NCBI GenBank assembly: GCA_965203355.1
Contig: OZ241889.1
Span: 1,216,001 to 1,280,000, forward strand
Origin: Candidatus Latescibacterota bacterium
GTDB taxonomy: Bacteria; Latescibacterota; UBA2968; UBA8231
DNA: 64,000 nucleotides
Reading direction: 5' to 3'
The notes under the pieces are model-generated. The model did no database searches. It had not been told where the DNA came from and was given only the letters and a program-made list of their open reading frames with translations. Below are positions 1 to 11,100 of the stretch, piece by piece (the first letter of the stretch is position 1; every line of letters starts with the position of its first letter). The position numbers were made by a program, and so were the translations under genes.

Positions 1-2
1 GG

Positions 3-308
3 GCAGCCCATCTCGTTATGACGATGGAGTTGGTAAGGCAGGAGGATGGCAAAGTGATATGGCAGGACGATTTCGACGATGAGAAACAAGTGTTCTCTCC
101 GGCCATGATCCACACGGTGGCCGCGTTGAGCGGCATCTTGGGCCAGCGGATGCAAAAGGCGATTGAGGAGATCGACTTCAAGTTCGGCAACAAGCAGCGG
201 CCCGCATCCATCGCGCCCAACCGGGCAACCACACCCGCGGCTCGAGATACGGTACTGCAAACAGAATCCGATTACTACGAACTCATACCGGGAAAGCTGG
301 CCCCATAG
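3..308 (+). CDS. 5'-truncated ABC-transport auxiliary lipoprotein (PqiC-like) C-terminal part
   Basis: Frame is open from the window edge; AHLVMTMELVRQEDGKVIW...AALSGILGQRMQKAI resembles the PqiC/ABC_trans_aux C-terminus; lies in an Mla/Mce-type operon. Confidence 0.5.
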   Translation, partial: AAHLVMTMELVRQEDGKVIWQDDFDDEKQVFSPAMIHTVAALSGILGQRMQKAIEEIDFKFGNKQRPASIAPNRATTPAARDTVLQTESDYYELIPGKLAP

Positions 309-316
309 GACTTGGT

Positions 317-1822
317 ATGTACAAGCTGCTCTGCCTCTCGATCGCCCTGCCGTTGCTCGCTGGCCCAGCCGTGGGCGACAGCTACACTTGGCTCGCCCCG
401 CCCGGGCGCGGTCAGCTCGAACAGGATCCAACGCTGATTCCCAAGGGCAAGGGCTTTCTGTTCGTGCCGACGATGACCGGCTCCCTCAACGAGCCGAGCT
501 TTCTCGTCTTACAAGGCGACAAACCCGTCCGCGAAGCCTCGCCCGGCACGGGCGTGTTGCTCTCGCCCGGTAGCTACAGATTGCTGGTCGGTTCGGGCAC
601 GGACCTCCAGATGATGAGCCGCACCGTGCCGATCCGAGCGGGCATGACGACCTTGGTAAAGCCCTTCTGGGCCGGACTCGTCATCAACGTCATGTCCGAG
701 AACCGCGCGTCGATCAACGAATCGTACGAACTATACCGGGAGTCCTCACAGGAAAACTACGGCCTCGGTTTCGGCCTCGAGGAGGAGCGCGGCGAGGCGG
801 TCAAAACTTGGCTCCTGCCGCCGGGTGTTTACTCGGTAGTGCAAGTCGGCGACAACATATCAACCACCCGCAAATTCAGCGTTCGCTTAGAGCCGGGTGA
901 GTTGATCCAGCGCAATCTAGTCGTGAACACTAGCGACAATACCTTCATCGGCTTCTACCCCCCGGCTCAGCATGGTCTTTTCGCCCAAATAGCCGATTCG
1001 CGCTGGAAGACCTCTTTCCAGCTCAGCGGCTCCCCCCGGCTTTCTACCTCGCAGAACACCACGGGTGCCGATCGCTCGGTCCTCTCGCTTTCCGCCGAGA
1101 TCGTCGGCAGCAGCGTCTATAACGCGAACCGCCACTACGTCAACCTGCGGCTGGACTTTGAAGAGGGTTTTACCCGCGAGGGGGGCAACGACTTTCGCAA
1201 GTCCATCGACGAGTTTGAGATCCGCGCTACGTATATCTACCGGCTTTCCCAGCGGATCGGCCCCTATTTGCGCGGGGTGTTCAACACCAAGCTATTCGCC
1301 ACGAAAGGCCATTTCGAGCGGCCGCGCAACCTCATGGTCTATGATGGCGACCAAGGCGATCTCCAGACGGGCATTAGCGAGTTCACGCTCTCGCCGCCCT
1401 TCAGCCCCCTCGAGTTGCGCGAGGGCATCGGCATCAACGCTCAGCTCATCCGCAGCTTTCCCTTAAACCTCGACATGCGCGTTGGTTTTGGGGCGCGGCA
1501 ACACTACGTCACCGATACCTATGATCTAGACGTTTTCCGCACCACCGCCCACAAGTTGTACGACACGACGACCAGCGGTTTGGAGGCCGTGTTGATCCTG
1601 CGGTCGCGTTTTTCGCGCTTGCCGAGCTTGGACTCGGAGTTTGACATCATCATCCCCGAGACGGACACCACAACTTGGGAATTTACTTGGGAAAACCGCT
1701 TGCGCTTCCCGCTTAGTCGCTCGGCCAACATGGTCGTCGTCTTCGACTTCGAGCGCAGGTTGCCGGTCCAACGGCTGCAATCTAGGCAACAGGTTTTGCT
1801 GCGCCTCAACTATTTGCTATGA
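317..1822 (+). CDS. Secreted / outer-membrane beta-barrel-like hypothetical protein
   Basis: N-terminal signal peptide; C-terminal half has alternating beta-strand pattern ending LRLNYLL; overlaps mlaE (ATGA). Confidence 0.55.
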   Translation: MYKLLCLSIALPLLAGPAVGDSYTWLAPPGRGQLEQDPTLIPKGKGFLFVPTMTGSLNEPSFLVLQGDKPVREASPGTGVLLSPGSYRLLVGSGTDLQMMSRTVPIRAGMTTLVKPFWAGLVINVMSENRASINESYELYRESSQENYGLGFGLEEERGEAVKTWLLPPGVYSVVQVGDNISTTRKFSVRLEPGELIQRNLVVNTSDNTFIGFYPPAQHGLFAQIADSRWKTSFQLSGSPRLSTSQNTTGADRSVLSLSAEIVGSSVYNANRHYVNLRLDFEEGFTREGGNDFRKSIDEFEIRATYIYRLSQRIGPYLRGVFNTKLFATKGHFERPRNLMVYDGDQGDLQTGISEFTLSPPFSPLELREGIGINAQLIRSFPLNLDMRVGFGARQHYVTDTYDLDVFRTTAHKLYDTTTSGLEAVLILRSRFSRLPSLDSEFDIIIPETDTTTWEFTWENRLRFPLSRSANMVVVFDFERRLPVQRLQSRQQVLLRLNYLL

Positions 1823-2910
1823 CTTGGGTGCAGCGCGACGACTTGGGGATCGCGCTGGGGGGTGTGCTTTCGGTGCATACCATCGGCGCACTCGCCCCCC
1901 AAGTGCGCCATTGCATCGCCGAACACCCGCGCTCCGCGCTCCGCGCCGACTTGCGCCAGGTCGAACACCTCGACACGGCCGGGGCCGTTTTCCTGCGCGG
2001 CTTGCCCGATCTCGCCCGTTCCTTGGACAAGAAACTCCGCCTCGATGGGCTGCCCGCTCGCTTGCAGCCCTTTTTCGACTTGGCCACGCCTGCGCCGCCT
2101 GCACCGCCTGCGCCGCGTCGCGCCGCGCTCGAGCGCCTTGGCGCTTGGGTCCGCGCCTGGGGCGTCAGTGCCGCTGGTTTTTTCTACCTGATGGCCGACC
2201 TGAGCATTTTTTCGGTTAGTGCCTTGTTTGGCCGCGAGCAGATTCGCCGGGGCAGCTTTGGCGAACAAGCGTACGCGATTGGGGCGCAAGCGTTGCCGAT
2301 CGTCGGGCTGATTCTCTTTCTCGTCGGCGCGGTTTCGGCCCTTCAGTCCGCGGCCCAGCTCCGCCAGTTCGGGGCCGACATTTTCGTCGCCAATCTGCTG
2401 GGCATTGGCCTGACGCGCGAGTTGGGGCCGCTGATGACCGCGATCATGGTGTCTGGCCGCTCCGGGTCGGCTATTGCCGCCGAGATCGCCACCATGAAGT
2501 TCACCGAAGAATTGGACGCCTTGCAGACTATGGGGATTGACCCGCTGCGCTTTGTGGCGGTGCCCAAGCTGTGGGCTATGGTCGTCTGCATGCCACTTTT
2601 GACAATCATGGCCAATTTCGTTGGCATTCTCGGCGGCACTTTCGTCGGCTTGGTGTCGCTGGACATCCCGGTTGCGGTGTTTCTCAACCAAGTATTTTCG
2701 TCGCTCTTCCTCAAAGATCTGATCACCGGGCTGGTCAAAAGCGCGTCCTTTGCGTGGCTTATTGCGATCATCTCGGTGCATCACGGCCTCAATTTCAGCG
2801 GTGGAGCCGAGGGCGTTGGCCGAGCGACGACGGCCGCGGTCGTGTCGTCGCTGTTTGGCATCATTGTCCTCGACGCCTTTTGGGGCATTGTCTTCTATCT
2901 CAAATGGTGA
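1819..2910 (+). CDS. mlaE: MlaE-family ABC permease with N-terminal STAS domain
   Basis: RELGPLMTAIMVSGRSGSAIAAEIATMK...EELDAL motif; STAS-like DLRQVEHLDTAG. Confidence 0.92.
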   Translation: MTWVQRDDLGIALGGVLSVHTIGALAPQVRHCIAEHPRSALRADLRQVEHLDTAGAVFLRGLPDLARSLDKKLRLDGLPARLQPFFDLATPAPPAPPAPRRAALERLGAWVRAWGVSAAGFFYLMADLSIFSVSALFGREQIRRGSFGEQAYAIGAQALPIVGLILFLVGAVSALQSAAQLRQFGADIFVANLLGIGLTRELGPLMTAIMVSGRSGSAIAAEIATMKFTEELDALQTMGIDPLRFVAVPKLWAMVVCMPLLTIMANFVGILGGTFVGLVSLDIPVAVFLNQVFSSLFLKDLITGLVKSASFAWLIAIISVHHGLNFSGGAEGVGRATTAAVVSSLFGIIVLDAFWGIVFYLKW

Positions 2911-3650
2911 CGCGCGTTATCGACATCCAAAATCTCTGCGTGTCCTATGGCGAGACGGTCGTGCTGCGCGGGATTGACGCGCACGTGGAGGAAGGGGAAA
3001 TCGCCGTCGTGCTCGGCGGCAGCGGTTGCGGCAAGAGCACGTTGCTCAAGGCGATCATCGGCTTGGTGCAGCCCACCTTGGGCCGCGTCGAAATCCTCGG
3101 CCAAGACGCGACCGCGCTCGGGGAGGCGGAGCTGGCGGCTCTACGCAAGCGGCTGGGCGTGATGTTCCAATACGGTGCGCTGCTCAACTCGTTGACGGTT
3201 GAGCAAAACGTCGCTCTGCCCTTGGCAATGCACACGGACCTAGAGCCGCCTCTGATTGGGGAAATCGCACGCACTCGCCTCGCCTCGGTGGGCTTAGGGC
3301 TGGCCGGCGATCGCTTTCCCAGCGAGCTGTCGGGCGGGATGCGCAAGCGCGCTGCTTTGGCGCGGGCCATGGTCATGGACCCGGAGATTCTCTTCTGCGA
3401 CGAGCCGGGCGCGGGCCTCGATCCGGTCACCGCGGCCGAAATAGACGCGCTGCTCCTCACGCTCAATCGCGAGTTGGGCATCACCTTGGCCATTGTGACC
3501 CACGAGTTACTCAGCATTGAGCGGCTCAACGGTCGCCTCATCATGCTGGACCAAGGCCAAGTGGCATTTACCGGCACGGTCGCCGAGGCCAAGCGTGCGG
3601 AGCATCCGGTCGTCCGCTCTTTCTTTTACCCATCCGAGTCGTCCGCATGA
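2904..3650 (+). CDS. mlaF: MlaF-family ABC transporter ATP-binding protein
   Basis: Walker A GGSGCGKST, signature LSGGMRKR, Walker B LFCDEP; ATG at 2904 overlaps the mlaE stop. Confidence 0.92.
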   Translation: MVTRVIDIQNLCVSYGETVVLRGIDAHVEEGEIAVVLGGSGCGKSTLLKAIIGLVQPTLGRVEILGQDATALGEAELAALRKRLGVMFQYGALLNSLTVEQNVALPLAMHTDLEPPLIGEIARTRLASVGLGLAGDRFPSELSGGMRKRAALARAMVMDPEILFCDEPGAGLDPVTAAEIDALLLTLNRELGITLAIVTHELLSIERLNGRLIMLDQGQVAFTGTVAEAKRAEHPVVRSFFYPSESSA

Positions 3651-4123
3651 AAACCATTATCATCGCCGCCTTGGGCAAAAACAGGGTCATTGGCCGCGAC
3701 AATGCCATCCCGTGGCACTACCCGGCCGACATGCGGCACTTCCGCCGCGTCACGCGGGGCCATGCGGTCGCGGCGGGGCGCAAGACCTACGAGACTTTTC
3801 AAACGCGCCCCTTGCCTCAGCGCTTGAACTTTGTCCTCACGCGCAATCCGGCCTACGCGGTGGCCGCGGGCGTGGTGATCTGCGCGAGTTTGGCCGAGGT
3901 TTTACAGCGCGCCCGCGCCGCCGGCAGCGAAAAACTCTTCGTGCTCGGGGGTGCTCAAGTCTATGCACAGGCCCTGCCTTTGGCCGACGAAATGATGCTG
4001 ACGCACTTGCCGATCGCAGTCGAGGGCGACGCGTACTTTCCGGCGTGGGACGAAGGCGCGTGGGAGCGGGTGGAACGGCGCCGCGAAGGCGCGCTGATCT
4101 TTGCGACCTATCGCCGCCGTTGA
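3647..4123 (+). CDS. folA: Dihydrofolate reductase
   Basis: IIAALGKNRVIG..IPWHYPADMRHF, GRKTYE, RPLPQRLN, LGGAQVY, GDAYFP. Confidence 0.95.
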   Translation: MKTIIIAALGKNRVIGRDNAIPWHYPADMRHFRRVTRGHAVAAGRKTYETFQTRPLPQRLNFVLTRNPAYAVAAGVVICASLAEVLQRARAAGSEKLFVLGGAQVYAQALPLADEMMLTHLPIAVEGDAYFPAWDEGAWERVERRREGALIFATYRRR

Positions 4124-4192
4124 GCATGGATCGCTGGCGGGAAAAGGACATGAGACCATGAGCACTATCCCTAATCAAGACGACTTGCGCGG

Positions 4193-4224
4193 CCTTGAAG
4201 GCGGAGAAACTGGCCAGAGATTGG
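4193..4224 (+). repeat. Direct repeat copy 1 (30/32 identical to 11031-11062 inside the hsdR 3' end)
   Basis: CCTTGAAGGCGGAGAAACTGGCCagAGATTGG vs CCTTGAAGGCGGAGAAACTGGCCttAGATTGG; 23-bp perfect core. Confidence 0.85.
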
Positions 4225-4337
4225 TTGATGGAATCTCCCCCCTGACACTTCGGCGTTTATTGATACAGGAACAGACTAGTGACTTTGTTTGATGGTTGTT
4301 TGATTGAAAGGGCATCCTGCGGTAAGAAAGGATCGAG

Positions 4338-5885
4338 ATGAATCAAAACGCGATTGAAGCGCGTCTGTGGGACGCGGCCGATGAGTTACGGGCGAACTCA
4401 AAGCTCAAGTCGGCGGAGTACTCCGTTCCGGTATTGGGTCTGGTGTTTTTGCGGTATGCGGATCACAAGTTTCAAGCGGCGGCCAAAAAGCTGGAGGGGA
4501 CGGGCAGTACGCGGCGCAGAGTTGGGCCGGTGGATTATCAGGCGTTAGGGGTACTGTATCTGCCGGAGGAGGCGCGATTTTCGGCCTTGATTGCGTTGCC
4601 TGAGGGGGACCATATCGGCGCGGCTATTAACGCTGCAATGAATGCTATTGAGGACGAGAATCCCGATCTCAAGGGCGTCTTGCCCAAGACCTACAACCGC
4701 TTTGAGAATGCCTTGCTCAAGGAATTGCTCAAGACGATGAACTCGGTTCCCATCGACATTGAGGGCGATGCGTTTGGCAAAATTTACGAGTATTTTCTCG
4801 GCCATTTTGCCATGAGCGAGGGGCAAAGGGGCGGCGAGTTTTTCACGCCGACGGCTATCGTCCAACTCATCGTCAGCATCATCGAGCCGTTTCACGGGCG
4901 CATTTTTGACCCGGCTTGTGGGTCGGTCGGCATGTTCGTACAAAGCGCCCGTTTCGTGGAGGAGCACCAGGGAAAGCCGAGTGCTGATTTGAGCATATTC
5001 GGCCAAGAACGGGTGGCTGAGACGGTTCGGTTGGGGAAGATGAATCTCGCCGTGCATGGGCTGGCCGGCGACATCCGACAGGGCAATACGTATTACGAGG
5101 ATTTGCACGGTTCCGTTGGTCGGTTCGATTTTGTGATGGCTAATCCGCCGTTTAATGTGGACCGCGTGGACAAAGAGCGGATCAAGGACGATCCGCGTTT
5201 TCCCTTTGGCATGCCGCGCACGGACAATGCCAATTATTTGTGGATACAGCTTTTTTATAGTGCGCTGGCCGACAATGGGCGGGCGGGGTTTGTGATGGCG
5301 AATTCGGCGGCGGATGCGCGCGCTTCGGAATTGGGGATTCGCCAGCGGCTGATTGAAGCGCGAGTGGTGGATGTGATGGTGGCTGTGGGTTCTAATTTTT
5401 TCTACACCGTAACGTTGCCTTGTACGCTGTGGTTTTTTGACAAGGGCAAGCGACACAACGACCGCGCCGATCAGATTCTCTTCATTGATGCCCGGCACAT
5501 CTATCGGCAAATCGACCGCGCTCATCGCGATTGGACGCCAGCGCACATTGAGTTTTTGGCGAATATCGCTCGGCTTTACCGGGGCGAGGCTGCGGAGAAT
5601 TTGCACGGCAGTGCTCCTTTGCTGAGCGAGCACTTTGGCGATGAGTGCAAATACGCGGATGTGGCGGGGCTGTGTAGGGTGGCGACGCTCGACGAAATTG
5701 CGGCGCAGGGGTGGAGTCTCAATCCGGGGCGTTACGTGGGGGTGGCTGAGCGGGCGGAAGAGGATTTTGATTTTAGGGAGCGGTTGCAGGAGCAAAATGA
5801 GGAGCTGGAAAGGCTTAATGCGGAGGCGCGGGACTTGGAGAAGCGGATTGCGGTGAATGTGGGTTTGTTGTTGGAGAAGGTGTGA
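4338..5885 (+). CDS. hsdM: Type I R-M methyltransferase subunit
   Basis: [12 protein letters not shown]-terminus, GEFFTP, motif [11 protein letters not shown], motif IV NPPF. Confidence 0.95.
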   Translation: MNQNAIEARLWDAADELRANSKLKSAEYSVPVLGLVFLRYADHKFQAAAKKLEGTGSTRRRVGPVDYQALGVLYLPEEARFSALIALPEGDHIGAAINAAMNAIEDENPDLKGVLPKTYNRFENALLKELLKTMNSVPIDIEGDAFGKIYEYFLGHFAMSEGQRGGEFFTPTAIVQLIVSIIEPFHGRIFDPACGSVGMFVQSARFVEEHQGKPSADLSIFGQERVAETVRLGKMNLAVHGLAGDIRQGNTYYEDLHGSVGRFDFVMANPPFNVDRVDKERIKDDPRFPFGMPRTDNANYLWIQLFYSALADNGRAGFVMANSAADARASELGIRQRLIEARVVDVMVAVGSNFFYTVTLPCTLWFFDKGKRHNDRADQILFIDARHIYRQIDRAHRDWTPAHIEFLANIARLYRGEAAENLHGSAPLLSEHFGDECKYADVAGLCRVATLDEIAAQGWSLNPGRYVGVAERAEEDFDFRERLQEQNEELERLNAEARDLEKRIAVNVGLLLEKV

Positions 5886-7951
5886 TGAGATTAGGTAATG
5901 TTATATTTGTCAACCCCGAGTCTATTCATAAAAACTATCATTTTTGTGATATTGAATATATAGATATTTCTTCTGTGGGTACTGGAACATTGAAGGGTAC
6001 TAAGAGAATTCAACTCGTTGATGCTCCTAGTCGAGCGAAACGCATAGTCAGAAGTGGCGATACTTTGCTTGCTACAGTTCGCCCTAATCTCCGATCGTTT
6101 TGGTTTGCCCGAAATCTGAAAGAAAATACAATTGCATCAACCGGGTTTGCTGTATTGCGTGCAGGAAAAGGTATTGATGAACGTTTTTTATATTTTACTG
6201 TTACCAATCAGCTATTCACAGATTATCTCACTGCAAATGCCAAAGGCTCAGCCTATCCAGCAGTAGATACCGACATAATAGAGAGAGCGGAGGTATTACT
6301 CCCTTCTCTCCCCACACAGCGCAAAATCGCCGCGATCCTCTCGGCCTACGACGAGCTGATCGAAAATAATCTTCGGCGCATCAAAATTCTCGAGGAAATG
6401 GCGCAGAATTTTTACCGCGAATGGTTCGTCAAGTTTCGCTTTCCGGGGCATGAGAAAGTGCGGTTTGTGGATTCGCCGCTTGGGAGGGTGCCAGAGGGGT
6501 GGGAGGTCGACACATTAGGAGAACACTTAGTTGCATTAGAAAGTGGCAAACGTCCAAAAGGTGGAATAAAAGACCTGAAGTCTGGTGTTCCTAGTGTAGG
6601 CGCGGAGAATATTTCGGGTATTGGAAGACATAATTACCAAAGCGAAAAATATGTACCGAGGGAGTTTTTCGAGAGAATGGGAAAAGGTATTGTGAAAGAT
6701 GGTGATGTTGCTATTTATAAGGACGGTGCTTACATCGGCAGGTCGGCATATTTTCGTGATGATTTTCCCCATTCTCAGTTCTGCGTCAATGAACATGTTT
6801 TTCTCGTACGCGCAACAGGAAAAAGATTGACGCAAAATATGCTTTACCTTTGGCTTCAGGAGCCGATCACTATTTCAATTATACGAGCAACTAATGCAAA
6901 TGCAGCGCAACCGGGCATAAACCAAAAGAGTGTAAAAGGGCTACCAGTTGTTGTCCCATCGCCGAAAATTACCGGCCAATTTGATCAGCTAGTTGAACCA
7001 TACCTGACGCTAATAGTAAGATTAGCTAAAAAAAATGAAGTTCTTCGTCGCACCCGCGATCTCCTCCTCCCCAAGCTCATCTCCGGCGAGATGGATGTCT
7101 CCAATCTAGCTATTCAGACCGATTGGCTACACAAAGATAAAGACGATATGAGCCGCTATGACTTTTTTCAGCGTATATGTCGCTTGCCTTTTGTCGATAA
7201 AATTGTGCTCTTCGGCTCTCGGGCACGTGGCAATCACTACGACCGATCCGACATTGATCTCGCCGTTTTCTGCGACCAAGCAAGCGACGCAGAGTGGCAA
7301 CAAGTTCTCGATTGTCTGTGCGAGGATCGGATTGACACCCTCCTTAAAGTAGATTGTGTTCGCTTTGAGCATAGCAGTGCCGCCTTGAAGGAACACATTA
7401 TGACCGAGGGAAAAGTGCTGTATGAGAAAAGCGGACGGCAAAAAATTGAGCGACCCCAAAAGAAAAAGAGGCCAAAGAGAATGAGCGAAACAAAACTAGC
7501 CAACCACTTATCCAATAGTCAGCGTTGTTTGCAACGTCTTGACGATGCAGTAAGGCAACCCCTTGATGACGACATGTTCATGTTGGATGCGGTGGTACAT
7601 CGCTTCAATATAGCTTTTGAACTGCTCATGGACACGCTGCTCGTTTACTGCGTGGAAACAGATTTTCTCCCCAAGGAGAAGATCAAAGAGTACGAGTTTA
7701 ACACTAGAAAATTGATCGAATTGGCGTTTGACAGTAAATTGATTGACGACGATCAAACATGGATCGCAATTAAAAATGCTCGCAATGCCACCGCCCATGA
7801 ATACGACGAGCAGCAAGCTATTGACCACTACAACAAGGTGAGATCGTATCTGCCGCACTTACAGGCATTGTTTGAAAAAATGAATACAATTCATACCACT
7901 ACTCCCGCAGACGATGTTGCTAAAGACGCATCGCCCCCAGCTAAGTTTTGA
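5882..7951 (+). CDS. hsdS: Type I R-M specificity subunit fused to MNT nucleotidyltransferase and HEPN (HI0074-like) RNase domains
   Basis: Two low-GC TRDs with conserved [23 protein letters not shown] and [12 protein letters not shown]; then from ~7148 [15 protein letters not shown] (GSx10DxD); then from ~7481 [13 protein letters not shown]...RNATAHEY (Rx4HxY); no stop codon between domains. Confidence 0.88.
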   Translation: MMRLGNVIFVNPESIHKNYHFCDIEYIDISSVGTGTLKGTKRIQLVDAPSRAKRIVRSGDTLLATVRPNLRSFWFARNLKENTIASTGFAVLRAGKGIDERFLYFTVTNQLFTDYLTANAKGSAYPAVDTDIIERAEVLLPSLPTQRKIAAILSAYDELIENNLRRIKILEEMAQNFYREWFVKFRFPGHEKVRFVDSPLGRVPEGWEVDTLGEHLVALESGKRPKGGIKDLKSGVPSVGAENISGIGRHNYQSEKYVPREFFERMGKGIVKDGDVAIYKDGAYIGRSAYFRDDFPHSQFCVNEHVFLVRATGKRLTQNMLYLWLQEPITISIIRATNANAAQPGINQKSVKGLPVVVPSPKITGQFDQLVEPYLTLIVRLAKKNEVLRRTRDLLLPKLISGEMDVSNLAIQTDWLHKDKDDMSRYDFFQRICRLPFVDKIVLFGSRARGNHYDRSDIDLAVFCDQASDAEWQQVLDCLCEDRIDTLLKVDCVRFEHSSAALKEHIMTEGKVLYEKSGRQKIERPQKKKRPKRMSETKLANHLSNSQRCLQRLDDAVRQPLDDDMFMLDAVVHRFNIAFELLMDTLLVYCVETDFLPKEKIKEYEFNTRKLIELAFDSKLIDDDQTWIAIKNARNATAHEYDEQQAIDHYNKVRSYLPHLQALFEKMNTIHTTTPADDVAKDASPPAKF

Positions 7952-8189
7952 CGAGCAGCCGATTCCGGACATCAACCCGGACAAGCTGGATGTCCAGGTT
8001 GTGTCCGGGTTGTTTGCCGGGTTGCGCAAATGGAACGAGCGCACGGCGGAAAACCTGAGCTTGCTCGTCCGCCATCAAGGGCGCGTTGTTCCGACTCGCC
8101 TCATTAAGGCAGGTGAAGTCGTCATGATCGGCAAGAGTACCTACGACCCCAACAAGCGGTATCTGTCGGTTAAAAAGGAAAACGCATGA
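7914..8189 (+). pseudogene. Internally deleted remnant of an AlbA_2/RecG-C-like ATP-binding wHTH protein
   Basis: [16 protein letters not shown]...LLVRHQGRVVPT resembles the middle of this family and RLIKAGEVVMIGKSTYDPNKRY its extreme C-terminus; intervening domain missing. Confidence 0.5.
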
Positions 8190-11100
8190 GCGGCTACAGC
8201 GAAGACGCGCTCGTCGAACAGCCGGCCATTAAACTGCTGGCCGAACTAGGCTGGGAGACGGCCCGGGGTCGAGACCTCAAGCGCGAAACGTCATCCGACG
8301 CTATGCTCACCGCTCGCTTGCGCCCAGCCCTCAAGCGGCTCAACCCGCATCTGCCGCCCGAAGCCATCGAACAAGCTGTCGCCGAAATTACCCGCGACCG
8401 GGCGCAAATGAGCATGGTGGAAGCGAATCGCGCGATCTATTACCTACTCAAAAACGGCGTCCGTACAAACGTTTCGGCCCCGGCGGACGACGGCGAAACA
8501 GTGGAAACCGTGCGCGTGATCGACTGGAACGAACCGGCCAACAACGACTTCCTCCTCTGTACACAATTCCGCATCGTCGGTGAAATGCACGCACGCCGCG
8601 CCGATTTGGTCGGCTTTGTCAATGGCCTGCCGCTGGTATTGATCGAGCTCAAGGCCGTGCATCGCCGCTTGGAAACAGCCTATACCGACAATTTGCGCGA
8701 CTACAAAGACACGGTTCCCCAGCTCTTTTGGGCTAACGCGCTAATCATCCTCTCCAATGGCAGCGAAAGCCGCGTAGGCAGCATAACCGCCGAATGGGAA
8801 CATTTCGCGGAATGGAAAAAGGTCGCCAGCGAAAGCGAAGAAGGGCGCGTCTCATTGGAAACCATGCTGCGCGGGGTCTGCGAACCGGCGCGGCTTTTGG
8901 ACTTGGTGGAAAACTTTACGCTTTTCCAAGACGTGGCCGGCGGGACGATCAAGCTCACGGCCAAAAACCATCAGTATTTGGGCGTCAACAAGGCGCTCGC
9001 CGCGCTGCAGGGTGGCCGCAAATTGGGCGTATTTTGGCATACGCAGGGCAGCGGCAAGAGCGTGTCCATGATGTTTTTCACGCAAAAGGTGCTCCGCAAA
9101 GTGCCGGGGAATTGGACCTTTGTGCTCGTCACTGATCGCCGAGAATTAGACGGGCAAATCTACAAGCACTTTGTCGCATCTGGCGTGGTCACCGAAGGCC
9201 GTGCTCAAGCTAACAGCAGCCAACATCTGCGGCAGTTGCTCACAGAAGATCACCGCTATGTCTTCACCTTGATTCACAAGTTCCGCACGGAAGCAGGCGA
9301 GGCGCACTCCGTCCTCTCAGAGCGCAGCGACATCATCGTCATCACCGACGAGGCCCATCGCAGTCAATACGACACGCTCGCGTTGAACATGCGCACGGCC
9401 TTGCCCAACGCGGCGTTTATGGCCTTTACCGGGACGCCGCTGATCGCGGGCGAGGAAAAGACGCGGCAAGTGTTTGGCGATTACGTTAGCGTGTACAATT
9501 TTCAGCAATCCGTAGCCGATGGCGCGACCGTACCGCTCTACTACGAAAACCGCATTCCCAACTTGCAACTGACCAACGACGATCTCAACGACGACCTAGC
9601 GCGGCTACTGGAAGAAGCGACGTTGGACGACGCGCAAGAGAAAAAGCTGGAGCACGAGTTCGCCCGTCAATATCACCTGATCACCCGCGACGAGCGGCTG
9701 GAGGCCATCGCCGAGGATGTGGTTGAGCACTTTGTCGGGCGCGGCTTTCGCGGCAAGGCGATGATGATCTGCATTGACAAGGCTACGGCCGTGCGCATGT
9801 ACGATAAGGTTCAGAAGCACTGGAAAGAGCGGTCAGCCGTAGAGCGCATTGCTTGGATGGAAGAAACGGACATGGCGGTCGTGGTGTCGCCGGGGCAGAA
9901 CGAGATGGCCGACTTAGCCGCTAAGGGGCTGGATATTCGCCCGCATCGCCAGCGCATGATGGCCGAAGATTTGGAGACGAAGTTCAAGGACCCAGGCGAT
10001 CCTTTGCGTCTCGTATTGGTCTGCGCCATGTGGATAACTGGGTTTGACGTGCCGAGTTGCTCGACGCTTTACCTCGACAAGCCCATGCGCAACCACACTC
10101 TGATGCAAACCATCGCCCGCGCCAATCGCGTCTATCCCGGCAAGACCCATGGCCTGATCGTGGATTACGTCGGCGTGTTTCGCCACTTGGAACGCGCCTT
10201 GGCCATCTACGGCGCGGGTAACGCACGCGACGAGCCCGTGCGAGACAAGGCCGCGTTGGCCGCGGCGTTGCAGCAAGTGTTGACCGAGACGAGCGATTTG
10301 TGTCGGCAGCAAGGCGTGGACTTGACCGCCATCCAAAGAGCCGCGGAATTTGCCCGCATCCGGTTGCTCGACCAGGCCGTGGAAGCGATGGTCGCCCCCC
10401 AAGCTATCAAGCGGCGTTATCTCGACTTGGCCAACAGGGTTGGTCGGCTTTACAAGGCCGTTTTGCCAGACCCGGGCGCGGGCGAATTGGCCGCGCAGGT
10501 GAAGCCCGTGCAGATCATCGCCGACAAAATACGCGCGCTCGTGCCGTCAGCTAACATTGGGCTGGTGATGCAGCCGGTGGAAGACATACTCGACGATTCG
10601 ATTGTAGCGGCGGGCTACAGCATTTCTAAAGAAAGCAAGCCCTATTCGACGGACCTGAGCCAATTAGACGTTGAAAAACTGTCAGAAGTATTTGCGAGCC
10701 TTCGCATACAGACCATCAACGAGCGATTCCGGTGGAACGTAGAGCGAAAGTTGCTACGACTCGTGAGGCTCAATCCCACGCGCACGGATTTCAAGGAAAA
10801 ATTTCAGGCCCTAATTGACGCTTATAACGCGGGTAGCCTCGATGCCGAGGAGTTTTTACGGCAATTGGTGAACTTTGCTCAAGCCTTGAGCAATGAAGAA
10901 CAGCGCGGTGTTAGCGAGCGACTGGATGAAGAAGAACTGGCCGTTTTTGACCTGTTGACCAAGCCGCAGATCGACCTGAGCGATGCCGAGCGGAAAAAGG
11001 TTAAGGCAACGGCGCAGACGTTGTTGGCGACCTTGAAGGCGGAGAAACTGGCCTTAGATTGGCGCAAACGGCAGCAGTCCCGGGCCGAGGTGCGCGTTGC

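Noticed and set aside
4545-5795. Long antisense ORFs (here and opposite copA, thrS, porX and others)
   Set aside because: Shadow ORFs expected in high-GC coding DNA opposite well-supported genes
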